Positions 44,387 to 53,227 of a stretch of DNA of 64,000 nt are shown piece after piece. The stretch is from the IMG/VR virus record IMGVR_UViG_3300003320_000653, positions 6,074 to 70,073 of that record. One strand, written 5' to 3'. Position numbers and translations under genes: made by a program. The stretch comes from a virus. Taxonomy: Duplodnaviria; Caudoviricetes. The notes under the pieces are model-generated. The model made no database searches. It was not told where the DNA came from and saw nothing but the letters and a program-made list of their open reading frames with translations. The first letter of the stretch is position 1, and each line of letters opens with the position of its first letter.

Positions 44387-46255
44387 CTATACCTTGCTCT
44401 GCCTGATGCGCGAGCCGCTTGGGGCCTTGACGATCGTCGTTGTTCCCGCGAAGCCGCCGAACTCATAGCTTCTGTGGTCCACGATCCAGATCTGGCGGCC
44501 TTCGGCCTTGGCGCGGCTAGCCAGGCATTCGAGGAGGTCTGCCACGCCTTTGGGGCTCAGGCCCTGCGTGGGCTCATCCCAGACCTCCAGGTTGATCGTT
44601 GTTCCCGTGCGGGCCCGGATGAGGTCGGCAAGGCCCATATTAGCGGCTAGGCGAAGCCTCTGGCTCTCTCCCCCACTCCAGGCCTCCCAGGGCACTGGAC
44701 GCTCGTTATGGGGGCTCAGAACCGTGACGTTGAAGCCGCGCTGTAGAGTCCCCTTGGCGGTCTCCCGGTCCACGGTGAAGCGCAGCTCCCAGTCGATGAG
44801 GCCCAGCGCGGAGACGGCGCTATTCACTTCGATCTCCAGCTCCGTTAGGGCCTCTGAGATCTGCTGCAGGCGGATCTCCTTGAAGCCCCGCACCCAGTAG
44901 GCATAGACGCTCTGCTGAAAGCGGGCATCGTCGAGAGCCCGCCGCGTGGCCTTAAGGTCGGCTTTGAGATCTACTTCCTGGCGATCGCCAGCCGCCATGA
45001 GGTCGGCGTAGGGGCTGATGGCTTTCTCCAGGCGCTCGGCTTCATCTTCTAGGGCGTCGAGCTGCTTGGTCTCCAAGAGCTTGTTGCGGCGCGCATCGGC
45101 CGCCGCATCTTCGGCCTTGCGCAGGAGCCGCCTGAGGGACTCTGTGGAGTCACAAGCCAGGCGCAGCGCCGCCTGCAGCGCTTTGACCTTCTCCTTCTGT
45201 TCCCCGTATTGGTCAAGGAGCTTGGACTCAAGTGCTACGGCCTTGGCACTGGTAGCCTCGGCCTCGGCGAGATGCTTCTCTCTGGACTTCGCGCTGAGAC
45301 GTGCCCCGCACTGGGAGCAGGCTTCGTTCTCCTCGACAGCCACCAGGTGATTTTCAGCGTGCCGCGCCGCTTCTTCGGCCTTGGCGAGATCCCGGTCGAT
45401 CTCCCCGAGTTCTCGCTCTGCCTGGCGGCAATCCTCGCGGCGTTCCTCTTCTACGTTCAGGGCGGTGCGGAGGTCTTGCCTTGCCCTGGTCTCGGCGGCT
45501 TCTGCCGCCTTCAGATCTTCCCCAGTCGTAGAGTAGTTCTCGTGGCTTGCCCATTCAGCGTTGATCTCGTCCAGCCGCTTGTCGCGGGCCCTCAGCCATT
45601 CTTTGTGCGCAGCCGAATAGTCGCGCTTCTCCAGCGTCTGAAGGCTTCCCAGCAGCTCGGCCTCACGGCGCTCGAGTCGGCGGACTTCCATGTCCTCGGC
45701 GCTCGCCAGCTTGGAGGCCTTGGCCGAGGCATCGAGCCAGGAGTCCAGGCCCATGACTTCGGAGAACAGTGACGCCTTGGCCTCGGCCTTGAGATCCAAA
45801 AACATGGGCTGGTTCTGGGCCATGACGATCGCGTGAAGCCACGGCGTGAACTCCAGGCCCAGGGCGTCGAGGAAGGCATTGCGAGGGGCCTTGTCGAGAT
45901 CCACAAACTCCTCAGGCGTTGCCGTCGGATAGAGGCGCCAATGGTTGGGCTTCCAATTGCGGGCAAGCGTGTAGTCGAGGCCCCACATGTCGATGAAGTC
46001 GAACTCCACGCGGGAATCCTTTTCGGCTTCCCAGTTGCCAACGTCGCCTGCCTTCAGACCACGGCTGGTCTTGCCATAGACCAGCCACGTGAGGGCCTCC
46101 CAGATCGTAGACTTGCCGGCGCCATTTCCTTCGAGCTGGGGTTCGGCCTCGTTGAGACCCTGCATGAAGTAAAGGCCGGGAGCCTCGGGGAACTTGAACT
46201 CCTGGGTCTTGCGGAAGCTGCGGAAATTCGTGATGCGAAGGGCAACGGGGATCAT
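44387..46255 (-). CDS. SbcC/Rad50-like ATPase (T4 gp46-like)
   Basis: LRITNFRSF, NGAGKST, coiled coil with CSQCG zinc hook, WSGGESQR signature, VWDEP. Confidence 0.92.
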   Translation of the reverse strand: MIPVALRITNFRSFRKTQEFKFPEAPGLYFMQGLNEAEPQLEGNGAGKSTIWEALTWLVYGKTSRGLKAGDVGNWEAEKDSRVEFDFIDMWGLDYTLARNWKPNHWRLYPTATPEEFVDLDKAPRNAFLDALGLEFTPWLHAIVMAQNQPMFLDLKAEAKASLFSEVMGLDSWLDASAKASKLASAEDMEVRRLERREAELLGSLQTLEKRDYSAAHKEWLRARDKRLDEINAEWASHENYSTTGEDLKAAEAAETRARQDLRTALNVEEERREDCRQAERELGEIDRDLAKAEEAARHAENHLVAVEENEACSQCGARLSAKSREKHLAEAEATSAKAVALESKLLDQYGEQKEKVKALQAALRLACDSTESLRRLLRKAEDAAADARRNKLLETKQLDALEDEAERLEKAISPYADLMAAGDRQEVDLKADLKATRRALDDARFQQSVYAYWVRGFKEIRLQQISEALTELEIEVNSAVSALGLIDWELRFTVDRETAKGTLQRGFNVTVLSPHNERPVPWEAWSGGESQRLRLAANMGLADLIRARTGTTINLEVWDEPTQGLSPKGVADLLECLASRAKAEGRQIWIVDHRSYEFGGFAGTTTIVKAPSGSRIRQSKV

Positions 46256-46485
46256 TCGAGGCTCACTCTCTTTCGGGGTTGTCCTGCGGCGAGGGCCGCG
46301 CGCATGGCGGCCTCGGGGGTGGCGCCTTGACCGTGATGGTGGCTGTTGGCAAGCCTGGCGCACCACCAGGAGCCATCAGCCTTCCAGCGGAAGACAGCCG
46401 CCATCTTGGAGAGAAGATCCTCGGCTTTGGGTTCCAAGGCCTTGAGGACTTCGGCCTCGTCATCAAAGATGAGCTTCTGTCTCAT
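46252..46485 (-). CDS. hypothetical protein
   Basis: 77 aa, overlap-coupled. Confidence 0.6.
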   Translation of the reverse strand: MRQKLIFDDEAEVLKALEPKAEDLLSKMAAVFRWKADGSWWCARLANSHHHGQGATPEAAMRAALAAGQPRKRVSLE

Positions 46486-47309
46486 AGATTGCACCAAGAA
46501 CAACCGCCCGCGTTGTCTTCTTGCTGATCCCGCCAACCGAAAGGGTCCAGATCATCTTTTCCGCTGAGGATGGCGTCAACATCATGTTCCCAAAAAACCG
46601 TAAGATCTCGATCCGGCCACGCCCACTTGATAAGGCTTACGGCATCGCCGAGCATAGCTAGATTTTGACGTCCAACGGGGTCTCTGGCCGTCATCTTCAT
46701 CGTTGCCTTTCCAGCAAGAACGCACGGGAAGCAGCCGACCCGCCTGTATCCCATCTTGTAGAGTGGGTTGAGCTTATCGCCCCGCTTTCGGGCAAACTCG
46801 AAAACGGCTGGCGTGCTCATCGTGACGATGGGAAGCTGAGCTGCTACGTGCGCGCAACTCTTGGGGCACTCCCCGCTGATATCCGCCATCTCGTAAAGAT
46901 CGTCGTCTTCGAGGTGGCCGTAGTTCTTGCGGCGATCATTGCTTTCCGCTGCCCGCATCCCCAAGTAGATCAGTAGTTGATCCAGGTCTTCCTGTTCGCG
47001 CAGCCAGCGAAACCAGGGCCCCGTCTTGAGCTGTTTCGTACATGCTCGTGCCTGCCGGCTTGGGATGATGACTTCGCGCATCATCACATCGGGGACGTCC
47101 TCGTATTTTTCACTCTTGATATCGATGATGGGAGCGCCGTAGCGCTCCCGCATGTAGTCCATGTGCTCGTAAGTCAGAGGATGGTCGAAGCCCGTGTTCT
47201 GGTGCACGCCTAGAACGCGTGAAGCGCCATAGCGGTCGACAGCCAAGGCAAGGCAGACTTGGCTGTCTTTGCCGCCGCTAACTGGGACGATGATGCGAGA
47301 GTAGTTCAT
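46482..47309 (-). CDS. PAPS reductase-like (PP-loop, DndC-related) protein
   Basis: VSGGKDSQ, NTGFDHP, CT..LK, GMRAAES..R, RVGCFPC, terminal GGCSWC. Confidence 0.88.
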   Translation of the reverse strand: MNYSRIIVPVSGGKDSQVCLALAVDRYGASRVLGVHQNTGFDHPLTYEHMDYMRERYGAPIIDIKSEKYEDVPDVMMREVIIPSRQARACTKQLKTGPWFRWLREQEDLDQLLIYLGMRAAESNDRRKNYGHLEDDDLYEMADISGECPKSCAHVAAQLPIVTMSTPAVFEFARKRGDKLNPLYKMGYRRVGCFPCVLAGKATMKMTARDPVGRQNLAMLGDAVSLIKWAWPDRDLTVFWEHDVDAILSGKDDLDPFGWRDQQEDNAGGCSWCNL

Positions 47310-47515
47310 AGCTGGAAGGCTGGATGGTTGACGGCCTCGGCGATAGCTTTCATGACAGCATCTTTGAGGGCCGCTTGTTCGGTGACGTCGGTGCGCGGGT
47401 GGAGATCCACCTGAATGGCGAAGCGCAGCACGCCCACGAGCTGCGGGGCGTCGACGATCACCGTGCGAAAGCGGCCTAGGCCTTGTACGTCGATGCTGAG
47501 GGTCTTGATGGTCAT
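47306..47515 (-). CDS. hypothetical protein
   Basis: 69 aa, ATGA overlap. Confidence 0.55.
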   Translation of the reverse strand: MTIKTLSIDVQGLGRFRTVIVDAPQLVGVLRFAIQVDLHPRTDVTEQAALKDAVMKAIAEAVNHPAFQL

Positions 47516-47859
47516 AGTGTTCCGTCCGATTGGATGATGTACTCGAAGCCCTTGACTCGCAAATAGTCGAAGGCGTAGCCTGTATGGCCGTCGATCTCGT
47601 AGGCACCGATGTCGCGCCACGCCAGCTCACAGCCCCATTGCCAGGCTTCCCAGGCGTAGAGTTCCTGGGCCTCCCAGCGCATGAGGAGGGCGATGGTGGC
47701 CTGGACGCAGAGCTTGAAGTGCTCGAAGGCCGTGTGCTCACTGCGCAAGCGGTCGATGCTCACGCCTGGGCCTTTCATGCGCTGCCACCAGACGCGCCAG
47801 ACCTCGCCTACCCAATAGACTCGGTCGGGATTGCGAACGAAGAATTTAGGGCCGATCAT
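47512..47859 (-). CDS. hypothetical protein (Trp-rich)
   Basis: 115 aa, overlap-coupled. Confidence 0.6.
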   Translation of the reverse strand: MIGPKFFVRNPDRVYWVGEVWRVWWQRMKGPGVSIDRLRSEHTAFEHFKLCVQATIALLMRWEAQELYAWEAWQWGCELAWRDIGAYEIDGHTGYAFDYLRVKGFEYIIQSDGTL

Positions 47860-48872
47860 GATTCCAGGGTTTTCAGTCCAAGTTCAAGGGCAGTGGCTCC
47901 CAGCTCCTCGGCCTCGACAAAGGCCTGCAAGGTCTGGGCTCTGTTCTGCGGGTTGAAGCGCGGCGACAAGGGCTCGCCAAGGCGGCGCTCTGACTTCTCG
48001 ACTTCGAGTTCGATGGCCGCCACGACGATGCCGTGCTCCTTGAGCATCGCCGCCGCCTCCCGCCGCACTCGAGCCCAGCCGTGCTTATCGGCTTCGCCCA
48101 TGGTGATCTTGAGCTTGATCTGGTCGCCTTCCCGGAGCTTGGCGCGATCCATATCTCCCTGTGTGAGCCGGTCGGCCACCTTCAGGCTGACTCGCTGGAT
48201 TGTCTTGAAGTAGAGGTTGACTGGCCGGCCACCCTTCTCCAGCAGCACGCATCGCGGCGTGAAGGCATCGCCGAAGTGCACGTGGTACGGGCTCCCCACG
48301 TATTCGACGCCGCCGATGACCTGGGGCACATGAATGTCGCCGCTGTAGACCTTCCCCGCGTCGAGAGCCGGCAGATCCTCGCCTTCCATTGTCTCCCCGT
48401 TGCTGGAGCGCGCACCTTTCACGGTCTGGTGCATGAAGAGGAATTCGTAGTGGCTGAAGTCCATGCCCTGCCAATCCTTGGCGGGTTGCTTGCTGTAGGG
48501 CAAGAAGAAAGCCGAGGGGCCTTTGACGTCAGGGTCTTCGTAGGGCGACGTGATGAACTTCACGCGGCCCCCGTCCAGCCGGTCGAGGAAGCGAAAGTAC
48601 TCCTGGCCGTTGAGCAGCCAATCATGGTTGCCTGTGAGGATCTTGATGTCCTCGACGACCTGGCTGAGCTTCCAGAGGTTTTGCACGACCTGATTGACGA
48701 GGTCAGCGTTATGGTTGTCCTTGGCGTCGGTGAGGTCGCCGAGGATGTAGAGGCTCTTCACGCGCTCGGCCTTGCACTCTTCGATGAGCCAAGGGAAGAG
48801 CGTCCATCTATAGGAGGTGGACGCGCTCGCGACGAGGTGCAGATCGGCCAGCAGTAGGCAGGGATATTGCAT
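47856..48872 (-). CDS. SbcD/Mre11-like nuclease (T4 gp47-like)
   Basis: ADLH, LGDLTD, GNHD, FMHQ, YSGDIH, YVGSPY...FGD metallophosphoesterase motifs. Confidence 0.92.
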   Translation of the reverse strand: MQYPCLLLADLHLVASASTSYRWTLFPWLIEECKAERVKSLYILGDLTDAKDNHNADLVNQVVQNLWKLSQVVEDIKILTGNHDWLLNGQEYFRFLDRLDGGRVKFITSPYEDPDVKGPSAFFLPYSKQPAKDWQGMDFSHYEFLFMHQTVKGARSSNGETMEGEDLPALDAGKVYSGDIHVPQVIGGVEYVGSPYHVHFGDAFTPRCVLLEKGGRPVNLYFKTIQRVSLKVADRLTQGDMDRAKLREGDQIKLKITMGEADKHGWARVRREAAAMLKEHGIVVAAIELEVEKSERRLGEPLSPRFNPQNRAQTLQAFVEAEELGATALELGLKTLES

Positions 48873-49341
48873 GGTTGTAATGCTCGTTATAGTAGAGGGC
48901 CACGGCGAGGGCAGGCCAGGCATGGCTGCTGACCCCAAAGAGCGGTCCCGGTTGCTTCTTCGTTCCCACCTGGGGAACGGCGCCCCCGCCATTGCGGGGG
49001 AAAAGATCTAGGATAGCCTGGCGCACGTTGGGATCCTTGGCCTTTGGAGAGCCGCAGAGGAAGAGCTTGACGGGCTGGCGGCCGATGCGCACTGTTGGCC
49101 GCTGGCTGGCTTGGATAAAGCGGCCGATCCAAACGCAGGTCTCAAAGACCTCGGCACCGACTGGCATGCCATAGCTTGCGATCATCTCCAACGCAACGCG
49201 GTCGACTTCCATGGAATCCTTCTTCAGCCAGTCAAGCACCACCTCGTTTTCGGAGACGCCGCCACCAACAAAGGCTGGGCCATCCATGACCGCCCAGCCT
49301 GTTTTTATGGGGCCTGGGTCCAGGCCCAGGATGCGCGACAT
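48808..49341 (-). CDS. RuvC-like Holliday junction resolvase
   Basis: ILGLDPGP..TG, ALEMIASYGMPVG.EVFETC.WIGRF, AKD.NVRQA. Confidence 0.8.
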   Translation of the reverse strand: MSRILGLDPGPIKTGWAVMDGPAFVGGGVSENEVVLDWLKKDSMEVDRVALEMIASYGMPVGAEVFETCVWIGRFIQASQRPTVRIGRQPVKLFLCGSPKAKDPNVRQAILDLFPRNGGGAVPQVGTKKQPGPLFGVSSHAWPALAVALYYNEHYNHAISLPTAGRSAPRRERVHLL

Positions 49342-49997
49342 TAGGAGCCCTCCGGCCATTTGGCTGCGAAGTGGCTGGCTGGGATGGCTCCGCCAGAATC
49401 CATCTCCACCCAGACGCCGACATTGGTTTTTGGTTGAGGCATATCGAAGCCGTATTCGTCGAGGATCTCCCCGGCCGTGTCGATGCGCTTGACCATCTCC
49501 TCGCATTTTTCGATGGCTTCGCGAAGCTGGCTCATATGCTGATCTAGCGCCGCCTTCAAGAAGTCTGTTGACGTGCCTTTGAAGCGCAACCGGTTGGCGC
49601 GGCGCTGAACCCTGCCCAGCGCTTGCCTGTGCTCGTTGAGGGCTGCGTAGTGCTGGTTCTTGTGCTCCATCAGCATCCGACGCGTATCCTCGACGAGATC
49701 GATGCCTTCGGGGGCTTGCTTGATAACGGCCATGAAGACCTGGAGCAGGAACTCGCGGGCCTTGGTGAAACCCTCGTCCCCGTAGAAGCCCTCCAGGCCC
49801 TCGTCATAGGCTTTGCGCAGCTCCGGGTCACCCAGCACACGATAGGCCTCGTTAACGCGCGTCTGGGCCTCATGGGAGCCCCCTTCGCGGTCGGGGTGCG
49901 CCTTGCTGTTGGCTTGCCGCCATGCGGCCTTGATTTCGGCCTGGGTGGCGTCCTCTTTGATGCCAAGGACTTCGTAGTGATCTTGGAGGCCTTGCAT
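49341..49997 (-). CDS. J-domain (DnaJ N-terminal) protein
   Basis: DHYEVLGI...AT..EIK.A......HPDR.GG......VNEAY.VL.D. Confidence 0.9.
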   Translation of the reverse strand: MQGLQDHYEVLGIKEDATQAEIKAAWRQANSKAHPDREGGSHEAQTRVNEAYRVLGDPELRKAYDEGLEGFYGDEGFTKAREFLLQVFMAVIKQAPEGIDLVEDTRRMLMEHKNQHYAALNEHRQALGRVQRRANRLRFKGTSTDFLKAALDQHMSQLREAIEKCEEMVKRIDTAGEILDEYGFDMPQPKTNVGVWVEMDSGGAIPASHFAAKWPEGS

Positions 49998-50293
49998 CAG
50001 AGGTCTCCCAACTTGGGCTTGGGACCGGGGCCGACTTCCTTGAGGGTCTTCGAGGCGATGAGATCCGCCAAGAGTGTGGGGTTTGGATAGGCTCGAAAGC
50101 AGTGGGCAAGGGCTTCGACTCCACGCCGCGCATCGGTCTTGTCCCTGAAGCCCTGAGTGATCTGGGCGACCTGAAGGCCGTTGGCGGCCTTGATGCGGAC
50201 ATTGACGACGGCCACGGCTTTCATGGCAGGGCCGATGACGTTCGTCCAGTAGTATTCGATGGTTGGCAGGTTCTTGGGGCTCTTGGCAGGCAT
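49997..50293 (-). CDS. DUF1508/YegP-like small protein
   Basis: RIKAANG..VA...QGF..K.DARRG. Confidence 0.55.
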   Translation of the reverse strand: MPAKSPKNLPTIEYYWTNVIGPAMKAVAVVNVRIKAANGLQVAQITQGFRDKTDARRGVEALAHCFRAYPNPTLLADLIASKTLKEVGPGPKPKLGDL

Positions 50294-50309
50294 GATTTCT
50301 CCAGAAATG

Positions 50310-50329
50310 AAAAAAGGGGCCGAAGCCCC
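50310..50329 (-). terminator. rho-independent terminator
   Basis: Minus strand GGGGC-TTCG-GCCCC-TTTTTT. Confidence 0.88.
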
Positions 50330-50353
50330 CAAATATACGGACGCGCTGGGCCA

Positions 50354-50980
50354 TCAGCCCCCGGCTTGCCAGGGCTGCGGACGCGCAGCCGGAACGGCGA
50401 CCACGGGGCGGCCTTCGATGCTCGCGCTGGCGCGCTTCTGGTCGGCTTCGCGATCCTTGGCCCATTGCGGGCGCAGACGCTCCGGGCAGCGCCAGGCCTT
50501 GATGGCTTGGCCGCGGTCGCGGGCATCAGCTTCGATCATGTCGGCTTCGTCTTCCGTTGCCGCCGCCGAGTTCGGATCCTGGCAATGCGTCGCATTGATC
50601 CAGGCCTGGGAGCGGCCCGTGTACTTGCCATTGAGAGCGCGGGCACGCACGTCGCAGGCCACCTGCATCGGGCCGCCCTTGCTCGCGGCGGCGCCGAAAA
50701 CCTTGGCCTGGACGCTGAGGGCGTCGCCGGCCTCGTTGCAGGTATCGTTGGCCGGAGCATTGACGCCCACGAAAGCCGCCGAGCTGACAGGCAGCCCGCT
50801 GTGCGTGACCTTGTTCTCCGTGTAGGGGAGCTGGGGCGCGCTGTTCACGTTAACGGTCGGGTTGCCGATGTTCTGGGGGCTGGCTTGAGCCACGCTGCCC
50901 GCCGAGGATTCGCTGGTGGAATCCGCAAAGGCCGAGAAGGAAGCCGCAATGAGAGCGGCGAGGATGAGTTGCTTTTTCAT
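50354..50980 (-). CDS. secreted protein with Sec signal peptide and 4 Cys
   Basis: MKKQLILAALIAASFSAFA|D; DTC...S.Q...FG....G.....C..R motif. Confidence 0.8.
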   Translation of the reverse strand: MKKQLILAALIAASFSAFADSTSESSAGSVAQASPQNIGNPTVNVNSAPQLPYTENKVTHSGLPVSSAAFVGVNAPANDTCNEAGDALSVQAKVFGAAASKGGPMQVACDVRARALNGKYTGRSQAWINATHCQDPNSAAATEDEADMIEADARDRGQAIKAWRCPERLRPQWAKDREADQKRASASIEGRPVVAVPAARPQPWQAGG

Positions 50981-51045
50981 GGTGGATCTCCGAATGAGGG
51001 CCGAAGGCGGGAAGCCTTGCGGCCTCCCGGACTGCGAGTCGAGGT

Positions 51046-51735
51046 TTAGTTCGACGTGCTGGTGATGCTGCCCACCTTGGCTTGGCCGAAAGCGTTGGCA
51101 GCGGCCTCGGTCTGGAGCTGAACGGTGCCCGTGCCGAGCGTGACCTGAGCTGCCGGCAGCGTCAGCGCCGAGGTGATGCCATGGCTTGCCACGTCGGTTT
51201 GCTGGAAGGGACCGACCTTGATCTGCGATGCCGAGGCACCGGCATCGAAGCCGCTCACCGCCGAGCCGCCAGTCATGGCCAGGCCATTGGTGCCGCTTGC
51301 CGCGCTCGTGCCGACGATGGCCTCGGCATTGCCCGTGACGTTGGCTTGCGGGCCACCGGCCACCGTGTGAGCTTCACCGGTGCCCACGATCGAAGCCGTG
51401 CTCACGCCCGAGGCTTGCGCCGAGCCCGAGGCATTGCCCACGCTCAGATTGCCGGCGATCGCGCCGCCGCTGGTTGCCGCGTTGCCCGTGATGCCCACAC
51501 TCGCCGCCTTCAGGGGGCCGATGCCCACGCCCAGACCAGTCGTCGTGCCGCTCGTGGTGGCCGATTGCTGGTTGGCAGCGCCCGAGATGCTCAGGCCGCC
51601 GCCATTGCCCGCGTAAGAGCTGACCTGGCTGGTCGAGATGGCCGCTGTGGCCGGGGTCAAAGATTGCGAGGAACCATGCGCCAGAGCAGCTCCGGCCAGG
51701 ATGAAAGCGGCCACGGCCGCGAAAAACTTCTTCAT
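51046..51735 (-). CDS. secreted Ala/Gly/Ser/Thr-rich low-complexity protein
   Basis: MKKFFAAVAAFILAGAALA|HG; mature part almost uncharged with alternating small/hydrophobic residues; GGAG RBS. Confidence 0.8.
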   Translation of the reverse strand: MKKFFAAVAAFILAGAALAHGSSQSLTPATAAISTSQVSSYAGNGGGLSISGAANQQSATTSGTTTGLGVGIGPLKAASVGITGNAATSGGAIAGNLSVGNASGSAQASGVSTASIVGTGEAHTVAGGPQANVTGNAEAIVGTSAASGTNGLAMTGGSAVSGFDAGASASQIKVGPFQQTDVASHGITSALTLPAAQVTLGTGTVQLQTEAAANAFGQAKVGSITSTSN

Positions 51736-51809
51736 TTCACTTCTCCAGGTTGATGACAAGCGGGATTGCTCGCCGGAGAGCCCAGCACGCCGGGCTCTGC
51801 GCTGAGCAC

Positions 51810-52007
51810 TCAGCGGAAAAGCAGGGGATGGTAGGCGTAAAAGATCTTGAAGGCGAAGAAAGCCACAAGCGTCATAGCCACGGAAGCCAAGAGGATCCGG
51901 GCCACAAGCCAGGCCACAGAGCCCTGAGGCTTCCGTAGCGCTGGGCTTACGTAGCGGAAAGGCGGATCCTCCCCGAATCCCGTGTGCTTGAATTGCCGAT
52001 GCGTCAT
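51810..52007 (-). CDS. small TM protein
   Basis: 65 aa with C-terminal hydrophobic helix; GGAGA RBS. Confidence 0.6.
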   Translation of the reverse strand: MTHRQFKHTGFGEDPPFRYVSPALRKPQGSVAWLVARILLASVAMTLVAFFAFKIFYAYHPLLFR

Positions 52008-52038
52008 TCTCCAGGCCCTCGTTAAATTGCGATGGCCT

Positions 52039-52070
52039 GATTATATAAAGATTTTAAGACGCGCAAGCAA
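52039..52070 (-). promoter_or_regulatory. AT-rich promoter-like element with degenerate operator copy
   Basis: TATAAT (52040-52045, minus strand); TTGCGC/TTGCTT upstream at non-ideal 15/19 spacing; ATCTTTATATAATC matches the core palindrome at 10 of 14 positions. Confidence 0.45.
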
Positions 52071-52105
52071 ATATTTCAGGGGCTGGGAGGGAGCCCCTGA
52101 GGCGC

Positions 52106-53224
52106 TCAATATTTCTTGGCCTTGGGCAGGAACTCGGTCTCGATGCGCGACCATTCGCGCTTCAGGACCTTGTTGAGGGTCGCCCTGACCTCGCGGATCT
52201 CCGGGCCCCCCTTGCTGCGCAGGCCCTCGATGCGGCGCTTGTATCCAGCCTTGCTCATATCCAGCTCGGCTTCCAGCACGTCGGCAAGACCCACGCTGAG
52301 CAACCACTCGACGCCAGCCGTAAGGTCGTCGATGCCGTAGCCGAAGATCACCGGGTAATCGGCGCTGCGGAAAGGTAGGCCGACCTTGTTCTTCTTCACG
52401 CGCATCTCGACGTCCATGCCCACGCTGCGCTCGACTCCCTTAATGGTCTTCTTGATCTTGCCCTTCTCGCGCAGCCAGAGGATGTGTGAGGCGTAGTAGT
52501 CGAGAGCCTTGCCCCCGCTTCGCGTCTTGGTCTCGCCGAAGGTCACGCCAATCTTGTCGCGGAGCTGACTGACGACGATGAGAAGGCACTGTTGGCTTTC
52601 GATCTTCTCCACGAGCTTGCGGAAGAGTTCACCGAGCTTCTTGGCCTTCTGCGTGCCGAAGGTATTGGTTTCGTCAATGCCCCGCGCCATCTCGGCGTCG
52701 TCGCTGAGCGCATCGAGGCTGTCAAGGACATAGATGCTGGGACGTTCCTTGTTGCGGTCAAGGAAGGCGTCCATGTCCTTGTACCAGTCCTCGATGGTTC
52801 GCAGCGGCCGACCCTTCTCGTTGAAGTCCACGCGATCCAGGGGCAAGCCCAGGGCTTCGGCGTAGTTCTCATCGAAAGCCGACTCACTCTCCGCATAGCG
52901 ACTGGCGCCATCCTCGTACTTCATGCAGAAGTTAGTGATAGCTTCGATGGCGAGGAGGGTCTTGCCAGCGCTGCGGTCGCCGACGATGTTCACGACGCGT
53001 CCGCTGGCATAGCCACCACCCAGAGCACAGTCGATAAGCTGGGCGCCGCTGCTGACGAACTCGAGGCCCTCCTTGTCCATGCTCGCGAAGTAGTTGGGGG
53101 GCGTCGGCGGCAGATCCTCGCCTTCCACTTCCACGCGCTCACGCTTGCGTTGGGGCTCAGCCTTAAGCGCCTGCCGGGTCTTGGCAGACGCTTTGGCCGT
53201 AGCTTTCTTTGCTGCTACGGCCAT
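52106..53224 (-). CDS. recA: RecA/UvsX-like recombinase
   Basis: VSSG..LID.ALGGG...GRVVNI.GD.SAGKT, VLDSLDAL, VVSQLRDKIGV.FGE..T.SGGKALDYYAS, KKNKV..PFR. Confidence 0.93.
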   Translation of the reverse strand: MAVAAKKATAKASAKTRQALKAEPQRKRERVEVEGEDLPPTPPNYFASMDKEGLEFVSSGAQLIDCALGGGYASGRVVNIVGDRSAGKTLLAIEAITNFCMKYEDGASRYAESESAFDENYAEALGLPLDRVDFNEKGRPLRTIEDWYKDMDAFLDRNKERPSIYVLDSLDALSDDAEMARGIDETNTFGTQKAKKLGELFRKLVEKIESQQCLLIVVSQLRDKIGVTFGETKTRSGGKALDYYASHILWLREKGKIKKTIKGVERSVGMDVEMRVKKNKVGLPFRSADYPVIFGYGIDDLTAGVEWLLSVGLADVLEAELDMSKAGYKRRIEGLRSKGGPEIREVRATLNKVLKREWSRIETEFLPKAKKY

Positions 53225-53227
53225 GGC

